IMG/VR virus record: IMGVR_UViG_3300045988_123906
Origin: a virus
Reading direction: 5' to 3' (one strand)
DNA length: 64,000 bases
In this document: piece after piece, positions 17,776 to 25,720 of the stretch
Numbering within the stretch: the stretch's first letter is position 1
Layout: each line of letters begins with the position of its first letter
Program-made: the position numbers and the translations under genes
Notes under the pieces: generated by a model
Database searches by the model: none
Seen by the model: the letters and a program-made list of their open reading frames with translations, nothing else
What the model was told of the DNA's origin: nothing

Positions 17776-18561
17776 ATGACACGAGAAGAATTACAAAACG
17801 TTATCGACAGCGAACCGTATGATTTCCTACGCACCAATCCGAATCTGGGCAAGCAAGTGATGTTTTTGACCATTGGTGGCAGCCATGCCTATGGAACGAA
17901 TGTGAAGGGGTCCGATGTTGATATCCGTGGTGTCGCGCTTAACACAGAACATGAGCTGCTTGGCATGGACACGTTCGATCACTGGGTCGATGAAACCACT
18001 GATACAACGGTATTCAGTTTCAACAAAGCAGTCAAACTCATGTGCAGCGGCAATCCGAACATGCTGGAGCAACTTGGAAATGCTGACGATCTTGTCATCA
18101 GCTATCATCCAGCCACAAAGCTTTTGATGGATAATAAGAAGTTGTTCCTATCCAGACAGGTCGTGTATTCGTTTGGTGGCTTTGCGGATAAATTGTTCAA
18201 GAAGGCAGTCACTTTGGGCGAATGGTGTAATCAATACCCAGAAGATCAGAGTACAAAGAAGCGAATGAACAAAACCATTATGAATATGATTCGTCTTTAC
18301 CTTATGGTCTTTGATATTCTGGAAAAGGGTGAGATCATTACGAATCGGGCGGAGAACCATGACCTATTGATGATGGCTCGAAACGGTGAATTCCAGGCTG
18401 CTAACGGTTATATCAAGCACGATGTAAAAGATTTCCACAAAGAATATGAAAAGCGCCTGCAGTACGATAAGGCGAACACTGCTTTGCCGGACACCATCGA
18501 TAGAAACCGTGTCAACGAGTTAGTTGTGACTATCAATCGAATGGCGCTAACGGTGATGTAA
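17776..18561 (+). CDS. Pol-beta-superfamily nucleotidyltransferase
   Basis: GGSHAYGTNVKGSDVDIRG (the G[GS]..x..DxD NTase core). Confidence 0.65.
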   Translation: MTREELQNVIDSEPYDFLRTNPNLGKQVMFLTIGGSHAYGTNVKGSDVDIRGVALNTEHELLGMDTFDHWVDETTDTTVFSFNKAVKLMCSGNPNMLEQLGNADDLVISYHPATKLLMDNKKLFLSRQVVYSFGGFADKLFKKAVTLGEWCNQYPEDQSTKKRMNKTIMNMIRLYLMVFDILEKGEIITNRAENHDLLMMARNGEFQAANGYIKHDVKDFHKEYEKRLQYDKANTALPDTIDRNRVNELVVTINRMALTVM

Positions 18562-18562
18562 A

Positions 18563-18709
18563 ATGAAAATCGAAGACTATTCGCCAGATGAATTGGCTGA
18601 AATTTTTAAGGAAGAACTAGATCGTCTTGACATCCCATATCATTATGATCTGGACGCGGAAGTGAAATTTGCGCCATTGATGCCTGATGAACCAATTTTA
18701 GAAGTGTAA
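18563..18709 (+). CDS. hypothetical small acidic protein
   Basis: 48-aa ORF starting 2 nt after the upstream stop. Confidence 0.35.
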   Translation: MKIEDYSPDELAEIFKEELDRLDIPYHYDLDAEVKFAPLMPDEPILEV

Positions 18710-18778
18710 TTTATCGGACTATTAGGATGATATAATTATAGGAAAGGAGTATACCCTCCACGGATGAGGGTATAAAAA

Positions 18779-19387
18779 TTGAATATGTTGAAGCTGTCAG
18801 TGTCGAACGCAAACAGCAAGATGGGGAGTATCAAGTCGATCTCGATGCCCCGTATCAAAACCTGTGCTCCAGGCGTTCCGTGCGCAAAAACGTGCTATGT
18901 CAGTCACTTCGACTGGCGAACCACGGTACGAAACGCCTATGACAACAATTTGAATCTGTGGTTAACAGACCCTGACGGCTTTGAAGTCCAAGCGACTGCA
19001 GCTGCTTATGGGTCTTTTTATTTTCGGTGGCATGTCAGTGGAGATATCGTAGATGAACGATATTTCGATATGATGTGTCGCATCGCAACTAAACTCCCTC
19101 GCACCCAGTTTCTCGCATTCACCAAGAAATACGATCTGGTTAACACATTTGTGAAAGCTGGCGGTACGATTCCCAGAAATTTACATATTCTCTTTTCATC
19201 CTGGCCTGACTATAATGTAAATAACCCCTATAATCTTCCAGTTGCTTATGTGGCATTTAAAGATGGATATTGTGAAGCGCCAGCAGATGCATATGAGTGC
19301 TCTGGCCATTGTGAGGATTGTGCTTACGCTGGTAAAAACTGCTGGGTTATGGGGCGAGGCCAGTCCATTGTTTTAAAAGAGCATTAA
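18779..19387 (+). CDS. Cys-rich phage protein (GP88-like, tentative)
   Basis: KTCAPGVPCAKTCY N-terminal motif and a C-terminal CSGHCEDC cluster. Start is TTG 18779 or ATG 18785. The family assignment is from memory only. Confidence 0.4.
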   Translation: MNMLKLSVSNANSKMGSIKSISMPRIKTCAPGVPCAKTCYVSHFDWRTTVRNAYDNNLNLWLTDPDGFEVQATAAAYGSFYFRWHVSGDIVDERYFDMMCRIATKLPRTQFLAFTKKYDLVNTFVKAGGTIPRNLHILFSSWPDYNVNNPYNLPVAYVAFKDGYCEAPADAYECSGHCEDCAYAGKNCWVMGRGQSIVLKEH

Positions 19388-19433
19388 GGATTTTATAGAC
19401 CCCTATTATAATAATGTAGGAAGGATGATATAA

Positions 19434-20063
19434 ATGGCGTATGTTCTTACCAACGGACACACCTATATCACAAAAAAGCCGAATGGCAAATTCACAACAA
19501 CATACGATTCAAGCCTGGCGTCGCAGTATGATGCAGAAAGCAAAGCCTGGAACGTATTAAATTGTCTGCCGCGTACATATAAAGAAGCCGGGTATCTCCC
19601 AAAGAAAATCGAAGTCAAGGAAGCATCGGCACAGTTAAAAGAGCTTACCGCTCCCGCACAGCCAGAACGAAAGCGGTTCGATCCTGTATCTTATCCCATC
19701 GAAGATTCAGAGTGGATGACTGATTTTAAAAAGAGTCTCAAAATTGTCGATAAAACTCTCAGCAGCTTAAAGCCGATGTATGCAAACCTCTATTCTGATC
19801 TGACTCGGGCAACAGATGAGATTGATGATCTGGAGCACGCCATTGAGCTTGTCAAGGCAAATGCAGTTCAGCGCTGCTTTCTGGAGAACGAACTAAAGAA
19901 GGCGCGTAAGATCCGCCGCGAGTGCAAGGATGCGATGAGCCTGATCGAAATGGTGCTGAAGTTCAATCTGGATGACTGGGGAACAGGCAAGGTACAGTCT
20001 GAAATCGTTCGTCTGGAAACTCGGTGTTATACACCGAAAGTCCGCGATGATATTTTTGTTTAA
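19434..20063 (+). CDS. hypothetical protein
   Basis: 209-aa ORF with AGGAAGGA RBS. Confidence 0.55.
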   Translation: MAYVLTNGHTYITKKPNGKFTTTYDSSLASQYDAESKAWNVLNCLPRTYKEAGYLPKKIEVKEASAQLKELTAPAQPERKRFDPVSYPIEDSEWMTDFKKSLKIVDKTLSSLKPMYANLYSDLTRATDEIDDLEHAIELVKANAVQRCFLENELKKARKIRRECKDAMSLIEMVLKFNLDDWGTGKVQSEIVRLETRCYTPKVRDDIFV

Positions 20064-20076
20064 GGAGTGATTTATT

Positions 20077-20472
20077 ATGAGTGGAGCAGTATCGTTTGTT
20101 TTAGGTCTACTGGGGCTGGGAGCGTCTGGCGCGGTCAGTGCTGGGCAGAGTATGAGCCGAAAGAAAGCTGATTATGAATTTGGTGAAGCACATGGTTATC
20201 ATGGAACACCAGATGTCCTTCAGATGCGAGATCGTGTCCGCAAAGAGTGGTGGAGTATGTGTGGTGACGTATATAATGCCTGTGGTAAGCCTGCGAGTGA
20301 GTACGGAAATCCATACAAAACCCCATATTGTTATTGTAAGAAGCGCTGGTTTATTGCCCATCTGAACGAAAAAGGCATTCCGTATGATGATGTTGTCGTG
20401 AACGATGTGACAGGAGTCACATTTTATGAGCGGCAGAATCAGCGGTCGAGGGAGTGGATGAGAAAGTTATGA
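20077..20472 (+). CDS. hypothetical protein with N-terminal hydrophobic segment
   Basis: 131 aa. AVSFVLGLLGLGASGAVSAG signal/TM-like start. Confidence 0.5.
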   Translation: MSGAVSFVLGLLGLGASGAVSAGQSMSRKKADYEFGEAHGYHGTPDVLQMRDRVRKEWWSMCGDVYNACGKPASEYGNPYKTPYCYCKKRWFIAHLNEKGIPYDDVVVNDVTGVTFYERQNQRSREWMRKL

Positions 20473-20690
20473 AAGTTTATGACGCTTTGAAGTCAGTTTT
20501 AGCAGCTGTAGAAAAAAATCATTCAAAATTAAGAGCAGAACCTGATTCCGATGGTGTATCCCATGACAAATGGGAAGAAGAGGAAGAGGCATTAACTGAC
20601 TTAGAGGAAAATTTGGAAGAAGCAATTGAACAATATGAAAGTGCGATGGAAGTGAGACGAAGTCTGCGCACAATGGTTCTAAACAATTAA
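20469..20690 (+). CDS. small acidic hypothetical protein
   Basis: ATGA overlap with the upstream stop. EEEEALTDLEENLEE. Confidence 0.45.
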   Translation: MKVYDALKSVLAAVEKNHSKLRAEPDSDGVSHDKWEEEEEALTDLEENLEEAIEQYESAMEVRRSLRTMVLNN

Positions 20691-20795
20691 AAGTTGTTAT
20701 TTTGGGTTGAAATGCGCCATGTTTTGTGGTAAAATAACAACCGAACTGAATTTGGTTAGAAAAGCAGGACATCTTTTAGTTGTTTGGAGGGCAAA

Positions 20796-21119
20796 ATGCG
20801 GATCACATATACTGCCCAGGAAATGTACGAACATATCCGATCATATGACATCATCGAGTTCTGGGGCAGCCGGAACGAAGAAAATGTCTGTATGATCAAA
20901 GCCAAGTCATCTTGCGTTGTACTGAGAAAAGGCAAGCGATACAGCTACATCAGTATCGAACGCCAGTTTGATCCCAGGTCAGACATCCTTTGTTGCTGCT
21001 GCAACATTACAGGCAACGTGTTTTCTTGTGAAGTTGAGAGGGGGAAAAAGTCGGAGCGCCTTATTATTACATCAGATTGCACAGAGGAGCCAATCACACT
21101 TTTTTTAAAAAATCTCTAA
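20796..21119 (+). CDS. hypothetical protein
   Basis: GGAGGG RBS then ATG 20796. 107 aa. Confidence 0.5.
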   Translation: MRITYTAQEMYEHIRSYDIIEFWGSRNEENVCMIKAKSSCVVLRKGKRYSYISIERQFDPRSDILCCCCNITGNVFSCEVERGKKSERLIITSDCTEEPITLFLKNL

Positions 21120-21126
21120 ATTGGTA

Positions 21127-21155
21127 TTGTAAAGTGTGAATGAATATGGTATAAT
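21127..21155 (+). promoter_or_regulatory. sigma70-like promoter with extended -10
   Basis: TTGTAA (21127-21132), 17-nt spacer, TGg-TATAAT (21147-21155), upstream of the mazF-like ORF. Confidence 0.5.
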
Positions 21156-21198
21156 AAGGACACAAAGTAAAACAGATGGTCAGCAAGGAGGTCATAAT

Positions 21199-21614
21199 AT
21201 GTTTAAGGCTGGCTCAAGTGTCCCCAAAATCGGTGAGATTCGTCTCGGTTATGTCGCAGATGTTAAGCAGGAAGGAAAACTGTTCATAAATATTATGGCG
21301 TTCATCCTTATCTGATCGTCAGCAACAACATCTACAACAAAAATTCTGGCCAGTGTGAGGTGATTCCTTTCACCACAAAACGCTGGAACAGCCGCAACCC
21401 GGTCCATGTTGATTTTGGTGTAGGTGAAGTCGATGGCTTACCGCATGAATCCACTCTTGTGATCGAAGGCCGCGATACGCTGTTAAACTCTCAGCTGAGC
21501 GAACCAATCGGAACGTTCTCTGATAAGAACTGGCAGCGCGCAGCGAACGCCATGGTGATCCAGTGTCCGATGCTTGCGGCGGCATTCAGTACAAATCTGG
21601 TCTCTGCATCATAA
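21199..21614 (+). pseudogene. PemK/MazF-like toxin interrupted by a 1-nt frameshift in an A4 run (about 21276-21279)
   Basis: Frame 1 gives MFKAGSSVPKIGEIRLGYVADVKQEGK. The -1 frame continues TVHKYYGVHPYLIVSNN...VIPFTTKRW, the MazF-type (R)PxLIVSN / PxT(S/T) pattern. Confidence 0.6.
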
Positions 21615-21629
21615 AATCTACGATTCTGT

Positions 21630-21658
21630 TTGCAAAATCTTCTTACATAGTGTACAAT
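21630..21658 (+). promoter_or_regulatory. sigma70-like promoter
   Basis: TTGCAA (21630-21635), 17-nt spacer, TACAAT (21653-21658), 50 nt upstream of ATG 21708. Confidence 0.5.
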
Positions 21659-21707
21659 GAATCTAATAGTTCATATACCGACCCACTGTGTAAGGAGATA
21701 TCAAACG

Positions 21708-22805
21708 ATGAGACAGAGTGCGGAATATTATAATGAAGAGCTCAAGACCAGATTTATTCTGGATAAAATGTGCGAAAAAGATTCCAACGGAGATCCAGCT
21801 AAGGATTCCGCTGGCGAATATATCATTCTTGCTAAGAGTAAGAACAGGTATAACAAGGTTCGCAGCATTTTTCATAAGCTTGCCGCGTTCGAACAGAAGT
21901 ATGAGAAAGACTTTTATGAGATCGAGTCTGACAAAGACGAAGAATTTATAAATGATCTGTTCTCAAGGTGGATTTCCGAACTGAATGAAAACTACAGCAT
22001 CTTTGTGTTGTCTATTTTCAAGCAGTATATTATGTGGTGCAGAGATGAGGGTTTGCTCTCAACGCAGCGGTACTATCAGCATCCGTTCTTTGACATGGAA
22101 ATGTCCGGATGGAAAAAGAAAGACACCAGTTCCACCTTCCGCTCTGAGCGTGTAAAGAACCAGCTGGAAGCCATTGCAAACAAGAGTACCGATGAATTGG
22201 CTGAAAACTATGTGTTTCCATCAGAAGATGATTTCTTCACCTACGTCGTTTCTGTGTTCTCGGAAGAAGGGACGATTATGACAGGCGCAATCATGTGTCT
22301 GCTGTATTATGGATTCCAGTCCGAAGAGATTCGCGTCATCAAAAGAAAAGACGTTGATGTAGACACGAGAACCGTCTGCGGGAAATATATCGATCACGAT
22401 ATCGCATGGTCGATCATCTGTAAAGCCAAAAACACGACCACCTATCTCAAAAACCACGCAAGGGGGCAACTTGGGAAGTTAGAAATGAATCTTGGCGATG
22501 GCCCATATCTTATTCGTACAAGCAGAGAGAGTTCCAATGATAACCCTGTGCCAATTGGATACTTCAAAGACCTGTATCGAAGGGAAAAGAAAATTGTTGA
22601 GGGACTTCCGCCAACATCTAACTATAAAAACATCCTTGTTAAAACAAGCACCATCAAAAACCTGCGCGAATTCTATGAGATCATGTCGGAAGAGCATGAG
22701 TATGGTATCGAATATGTCGCTGAAAAATTCAGACAGAACCAATATGATACGCCGCTCACATTCCGAAAGTATCAAATAATGCGCGAGAAAGCAAGAAAAT
22801 TATAA
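21708..22805 (+). CDS. hypothetical protein with weak, probably degenerate tyrosine-recombinase-like features
   Basis: AAGGAG RBS. LLYYGFQSEEIRVIKRKDVD resembles the integrase GxRxxEL..L..DV box but with Q in place of the catalytic R. No clear HxxR/Y. Confidence 0.5.
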   Translation: MRQSAEYYNEELKTRFILDKMCEKDSNGDPAKDSAGEYIILAKSKNRYNKVRSIFHKLAAFEQKYEKDFYEIESDKDEEFINDLFSRWISELNENYSIFVLSIFKQYIMWCRDEGLLSTQRYYQHPFFDMEMSGWKKKDTSSTFRSERVKNQLEAIANKSTDELAENYVFPSEDDFFTYVVSVFSEEGTIMTGAIMCLLYYGFQSEEIRVIKRKDVDVDTRTVCGKYIDHDIAWSIICKAKNTTTYLKNHARGQLGKLEMNLGDGPYLIRTSRESSNDNPVPIGYFKDLYRREKKIVEGLPPTSNYKNILVKTSTIKNLREFYEIMSEEHEYGIEYVAEKFRQNQYDTPLTFRKYQIMREKARKL

Positions 22806-22811
22806 AAATGA

Positions 22812-22838
22812 AGGGGCCTGACCAGCCCCTGAATTTTT
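22812..22838 (+). terminator. rho-independent terminator
   Basis: AGGGGC-ctgacca-GCCCCT followed by TTTTT. Confidence 0.65.
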
Positions 22839-22891
22839 CCTTTACCATTCACACTTTACACTGTCATTATGATGAATAGGAGGTGATTGAA

Positions 22892-23422
22892 ATGAGAAAG
22901 ACGATTGCAGCCATTATTGTAACCGGCGTTTATCTGCTGACAAATCTACTCGGCGTGGAAGCAGCTGGTCCGGTCGAGACATACCAGGGCTGGAGCGATG
23001 AACTAAAGTCGTATACGCAGTCTGTATGTGACGAATACAATGTCGATTATTCGTTGGCGCTCGGTGTGATCTATAACGAAAGCAGGTTCCAAAGTGGCCT
23101 GACTCACGTGAATTCAAACGGCACAGTTGATTACGGTCTGATGCAGGTCAACGAGGTCAACTTCGATTATCTCAACAAGACGCTTGGCGTTCGATCCATG
23201 TCTGAACTGCTGGATGATAAAACGGGCATCAGATGTGGTGTTCAGCTGCTGGCGTATCATAAGCAGTACACTGGCAACGATTCGGCGGCGCTTCTTCGCT
23301 ACCAGATCGGGGCAGGGAAGTACAAACAGTACCTGAGGAAAGGTCGGTACACAAACCAGACGCATCAACAGGTGCTTACATATCAGAGCGAACTCGCTTC
23401 TTATATGGATTCCTTACAGTAG
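22892..23422 (+). CDS. secreted lytic transglycosylase (SLT domain); ends at TAG
   Basis: Signal-like N-terminus. YNESRFQ (catalytic Glu) and DYGLMQVN. One of only three called genes ending in TAG. Confidence 0.75.
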   Translation: MRKTIAAIIVTGVYLLTNLLGVEAAGPVETYQGWSDELKSYTQSVCDEYNVDYSLALGVIYNESRFQSGLTHVNSNGTVDYGLMQVNEVNFDYLNKTLGVRSMSELLDDKTGIRCGVQLLAYHKQYTGNDSAALLRYQIGAGKYKQYLRKGRYTNQTHQQVLTYQSELASYMDSLQ

Positions 23423-23492
23423 GAAAAAGATCAGGCGGCAGAAAAACGTCTGTTTGATCTGATCAATCGGTGGAGTGAATCCACCTTTATAT

Positions 23493-23564
23493 GCTGGAGT
23501 GGCGCAATGGTAGCGCAGGAAATTTGTAATTTTCAGGTTGCAGGTTCAAGCCCTGTCTCCAGCA
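23493..23564 (+). tRNA. tRNA-Thr (UGU)
   Basis: Hand-folded cloverleaf: GCTGGAG/CTCCAGC acceptor, GCGC D-stem, anticodon loop TTTGTAA, TTCAAGC T-loop, encoded CCA. Confidence 0.8.
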
Positions 23565-23620
23565 CCATTAGAACAGCGGGCAACCGCATCAAAGATTATG
23601 TATTACAAAGGAGAATAATT

Positions 23621-24262
23621 ATGACTACTGAAACTATGACAATTCATCGCGCACTGGCCGAGCTGAAGGTTTTGGACGATCGTATCATGAAGCTGCTGAG
23701 CGAGGCCAAGTTTTGTGGTGCCGCTAAGAATTGTATGCAGAAGCTGGGCGGTGTAACTATTGAAGAGTACAAGCAGAATGCCCAGTCTACTTATGATAAG
23801 ATCACTGATTTGATGGCTCGTCAGGCAGCGATTAAGCGGGCGGTGTCCGAGTCCAATGCGGTTACTCATGCTGTTGTATGTGGACATGATTATACTGTTG
23901 CGCAGCTTATTTGGATGAACCAGCACGGCATTGATTTCAAGAGTACTTTGCTCAATGTTCTGGAGCGTCAGTATGCAAGCGCAGTTGCTGCTACTGAGGC
24001 TGCAAACTCCAAGCTGAGTGATAAGGCAGATGATTTTATCAGCAGAAACAACGCTGGCGCAGACAAGAACAGTATGGATGCGGAAGCTATTAAGGATATG
24101 CGAGAGAGCTACATTGAGCGTGAAACCATGCAGCTGGTCGACGGTATCAACATCAAGAAGGTCAAGGAAGAACTGGCTGATGAGATCAATAAGTTCAAGG
24201 CTGAGGTTGACGCGGTTCTGTCTACTTCTAACGCCATGACTGAGATCACAATCGAATACTGA
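23621..24262 (+). CDS. hypothetical coiled-coil protein
   Basis: AAAGGAG RBS then ATG 23621. The longer ORF-track version (23507) starts inside the tRNA-Thr gene. Confidence 0.6.
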   Translation: MTTETMTIHRALAELKVLDDRIMKLLSEAKFCGAAKNCMQKLGGVTIEEYKQNAQSTYDKITDLMARQAAIKRAVSESNAVTHAVVCGHDYTVAQLIWMNQHGIDFKSTLLNVLERQYASAVAATEAANSKLSDKADDFISRNNAGADKNSMDAEAIKDMRESYIERETMQLVDGINIKKVKEELADEINKFKAEVDAVLSTSNAMTEITIEY

Positions 24263-24447
24263 TATTTAATCAGCGAAGCATATTCACTGTCTATCGAAAA
24301 CGACAAACTGTAATCGTTCGTTCTTTGCTGATGGTAGCCTGCTTGAACGAAATCAAATAATAAAAAAGCTAATAACCATTCATATAAAAGCTGGCCTCAT
24401 AAGCCGACAAGATGAAATCAAGTAAAATATTTGGTAATACTTGAATT

Positions 24448-24518
24448 TTTGGATTTGTCAAGAGGTTAAGACGCAAGCCTATAAGCTTGAAACGATGGTT
24501 CGAATCCATTATCCAAAA
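24448..24518 (+). tRNA. tRNA-like gene with an aberrant 6-nt anticodon loop (CTATAA); identity undetermined
   Basis: TTTGGAT/ATCCAAA acceptor and GATGG-TTCGAAT-CCATT T-arm are canonical. The CAAGC/GCTTG anticodon stem encloses only 6 nt. Confidence 0.45.
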
Positions 24519-24793
24519 AAATCGAATCAAGAGAAGGAGTTGTCCCAAGGGCCAACACGTAGTTGATTCAAATGTCTTGGAAAGGTTAACGGTTATTGAT
24601 TTAAAGGTTAAAGGTTGAAAGTTCAAAGCTTAAACTTCTAGCTAAAGATTAAACAGTAATGAATACAGGTCAAAGGTTTATAAAATCCATGGGCACAGGT
24701 TTGTGGATCGATTACATAAGTCCCGTTGTTTACCACATGGCTGGTAGATGGTGAGCGCCTTGGCAGGGGCGTAACAATACCTGCCGTTTATAT

Positions 24794-24867
24794 GGTTCGG
24801 TAGCTCAGAAGGATAGAGCACTAGCCTGTCACGCTAGGGGTCGTGGGTTCAATCCCCATCCGAATCG
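24794..24867 (+). tRNA. tRNA-Asp (GUC)
   Basis: Cloverleaf with anticodon loop CTGTCAC and T-loop TTCAATC. Confidence 0.8.
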
Positions 24868-24872
24868 CTTAT

Positions 24873-24946
24873 GGTCCTATAGTTCAGTTGGTTAGAACGA
24901 GAGACTGTTAATCTCTATGTCACCTGTTCGAGTCAGGTTAGGACCT
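24873..24946 (+). tRNA. tRNA-Asn (GUU)
   Basis: GGTCCTA/TAGGACC acceptor, anticodon loop CTGTTAA, T-loop TTCGAGT. Confidence 0.8.
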
Positions 24947-24952
24947 CTTCGT

Positions 24953-25025
24953 GGTTCTGTAGCTCAGTCGGTAGAGCAGGGGACTGAAAATCCCTGTGTC
25001 GCTGGTTCGATTCCAGCCGGGACCA
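24953..25025 (+). tRNA. tRNA-Phe (GAA)
   Basis: TAGCTCAGTCGGTAGAGCA D-arm, anticodon loop CTGAAAA, T-loop TTCGATT, encoded CCA. Confidence 0.8.
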
Positions 25026-25028
25026 CCA

Positions 25029-25489
25029 ATGTGCAAGTTGATTTGATAATTGAGTTTGGTCGAAATCCTCCATAAAAAGGTTGTCCGCCAAGGTCGAAAA
25101 ATCAACATGAATTCTCACCAAAATGATGTTATCAATGAAATTTGTAATAGGATTAGCGAGGCAGTCACACTCCTGATCAGGGGCCGATGTAGCAAGCTTG
25201 GTCAAACTGCGTGCCCTGACGATGATAAGATCCGCATTCCAGGCGCAACTGTGCGTGAGTCTCACCAACCCGAAAACAGTGAGAGGTGAAGGAATAACAC
25301 TGAAAAACCTTATGTAGCGCGGCTATAACCCGGAAGAGGCTTGACCCAAAAGGATGATCGAGTTTGAGAACCGCAGTGGATAAGCATATCGCCAATAGTG
25401 CTCTGAAGAGTAACGGTAAATGCCGGACGCCTGACCCGTTAAAGCCAGGACGAGGATCACAGGTGACATCCCTCTGTGATCTATATTAT
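25029..25489 (+). ncRNA. candidate large structured ncRNA between tRNA-Phe and tRNA-Lys (class unknown)
   Basis: 461 nt without a convincing ORF or RBS. GC-richer than its flanks. Many local helices, e.g. GATCACAG/CTGTGATC (25455-25482), CTCAC/GTGAG (25260-25282), AACGG/CCGTT (25412-25440). Confidence 0.3.
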
Positions 25490-25562
25490 GCGATCGTAGC
25501 TCAATTGGTAGAGCACTTGACTTTTAATCAAGGGGTAGCGGGATCGTAACCCACCGATCGCA
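25490..25562 (+). tRNA. tRNA-Lys (UUU) with atypical T-loop
   Basis: GCGATCG/CGATCGC acceptor, anticodon loop CTTTTAA. T-loop ATCGTAA (A54/U58 instead of T54/A58) and one T-stem mismatch. Confidence 0.6.
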
Positions 25563-25720
25563 CCACGCGGACCACGCAGTAAGTAGTTTTCGAGTTACAA
25601 CTATTGTAGCCAGTGTTCTTTGGATACGATTGTATTGTTAGTAGTTCTGCGGAAGGAACAAAAACATAAACAGATGACTGCTGGAAATACAACATACATT
25701 TTGATTTTGAGGGTTCAAAA

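Noticed and set aside
20693-20742. The 11-bp hairpin GTTGTTATTTT...AAAATAACAAC as a terminator
   Set aside because: The loop is large (about 27 nt) and no T-run follows. It may be a regulatory structure, but there is not enough evidence to call it.
23507-23620. N-terminal extensions of ORFs 23507-24262 and 26602-26961
   Set aside because: The extended starts lie inside tRNA-Thr and tRNA(CUA) respectively. Internal ATGs at 23621 and 26668 have strong AAAGGAG RBSs.
24581-24678. AAAGGTT repeats as a CRISPR array
   Set aside because: The repeats are only 7 nt, partly contiguous, lack regular spacers, and no cas genes are present.
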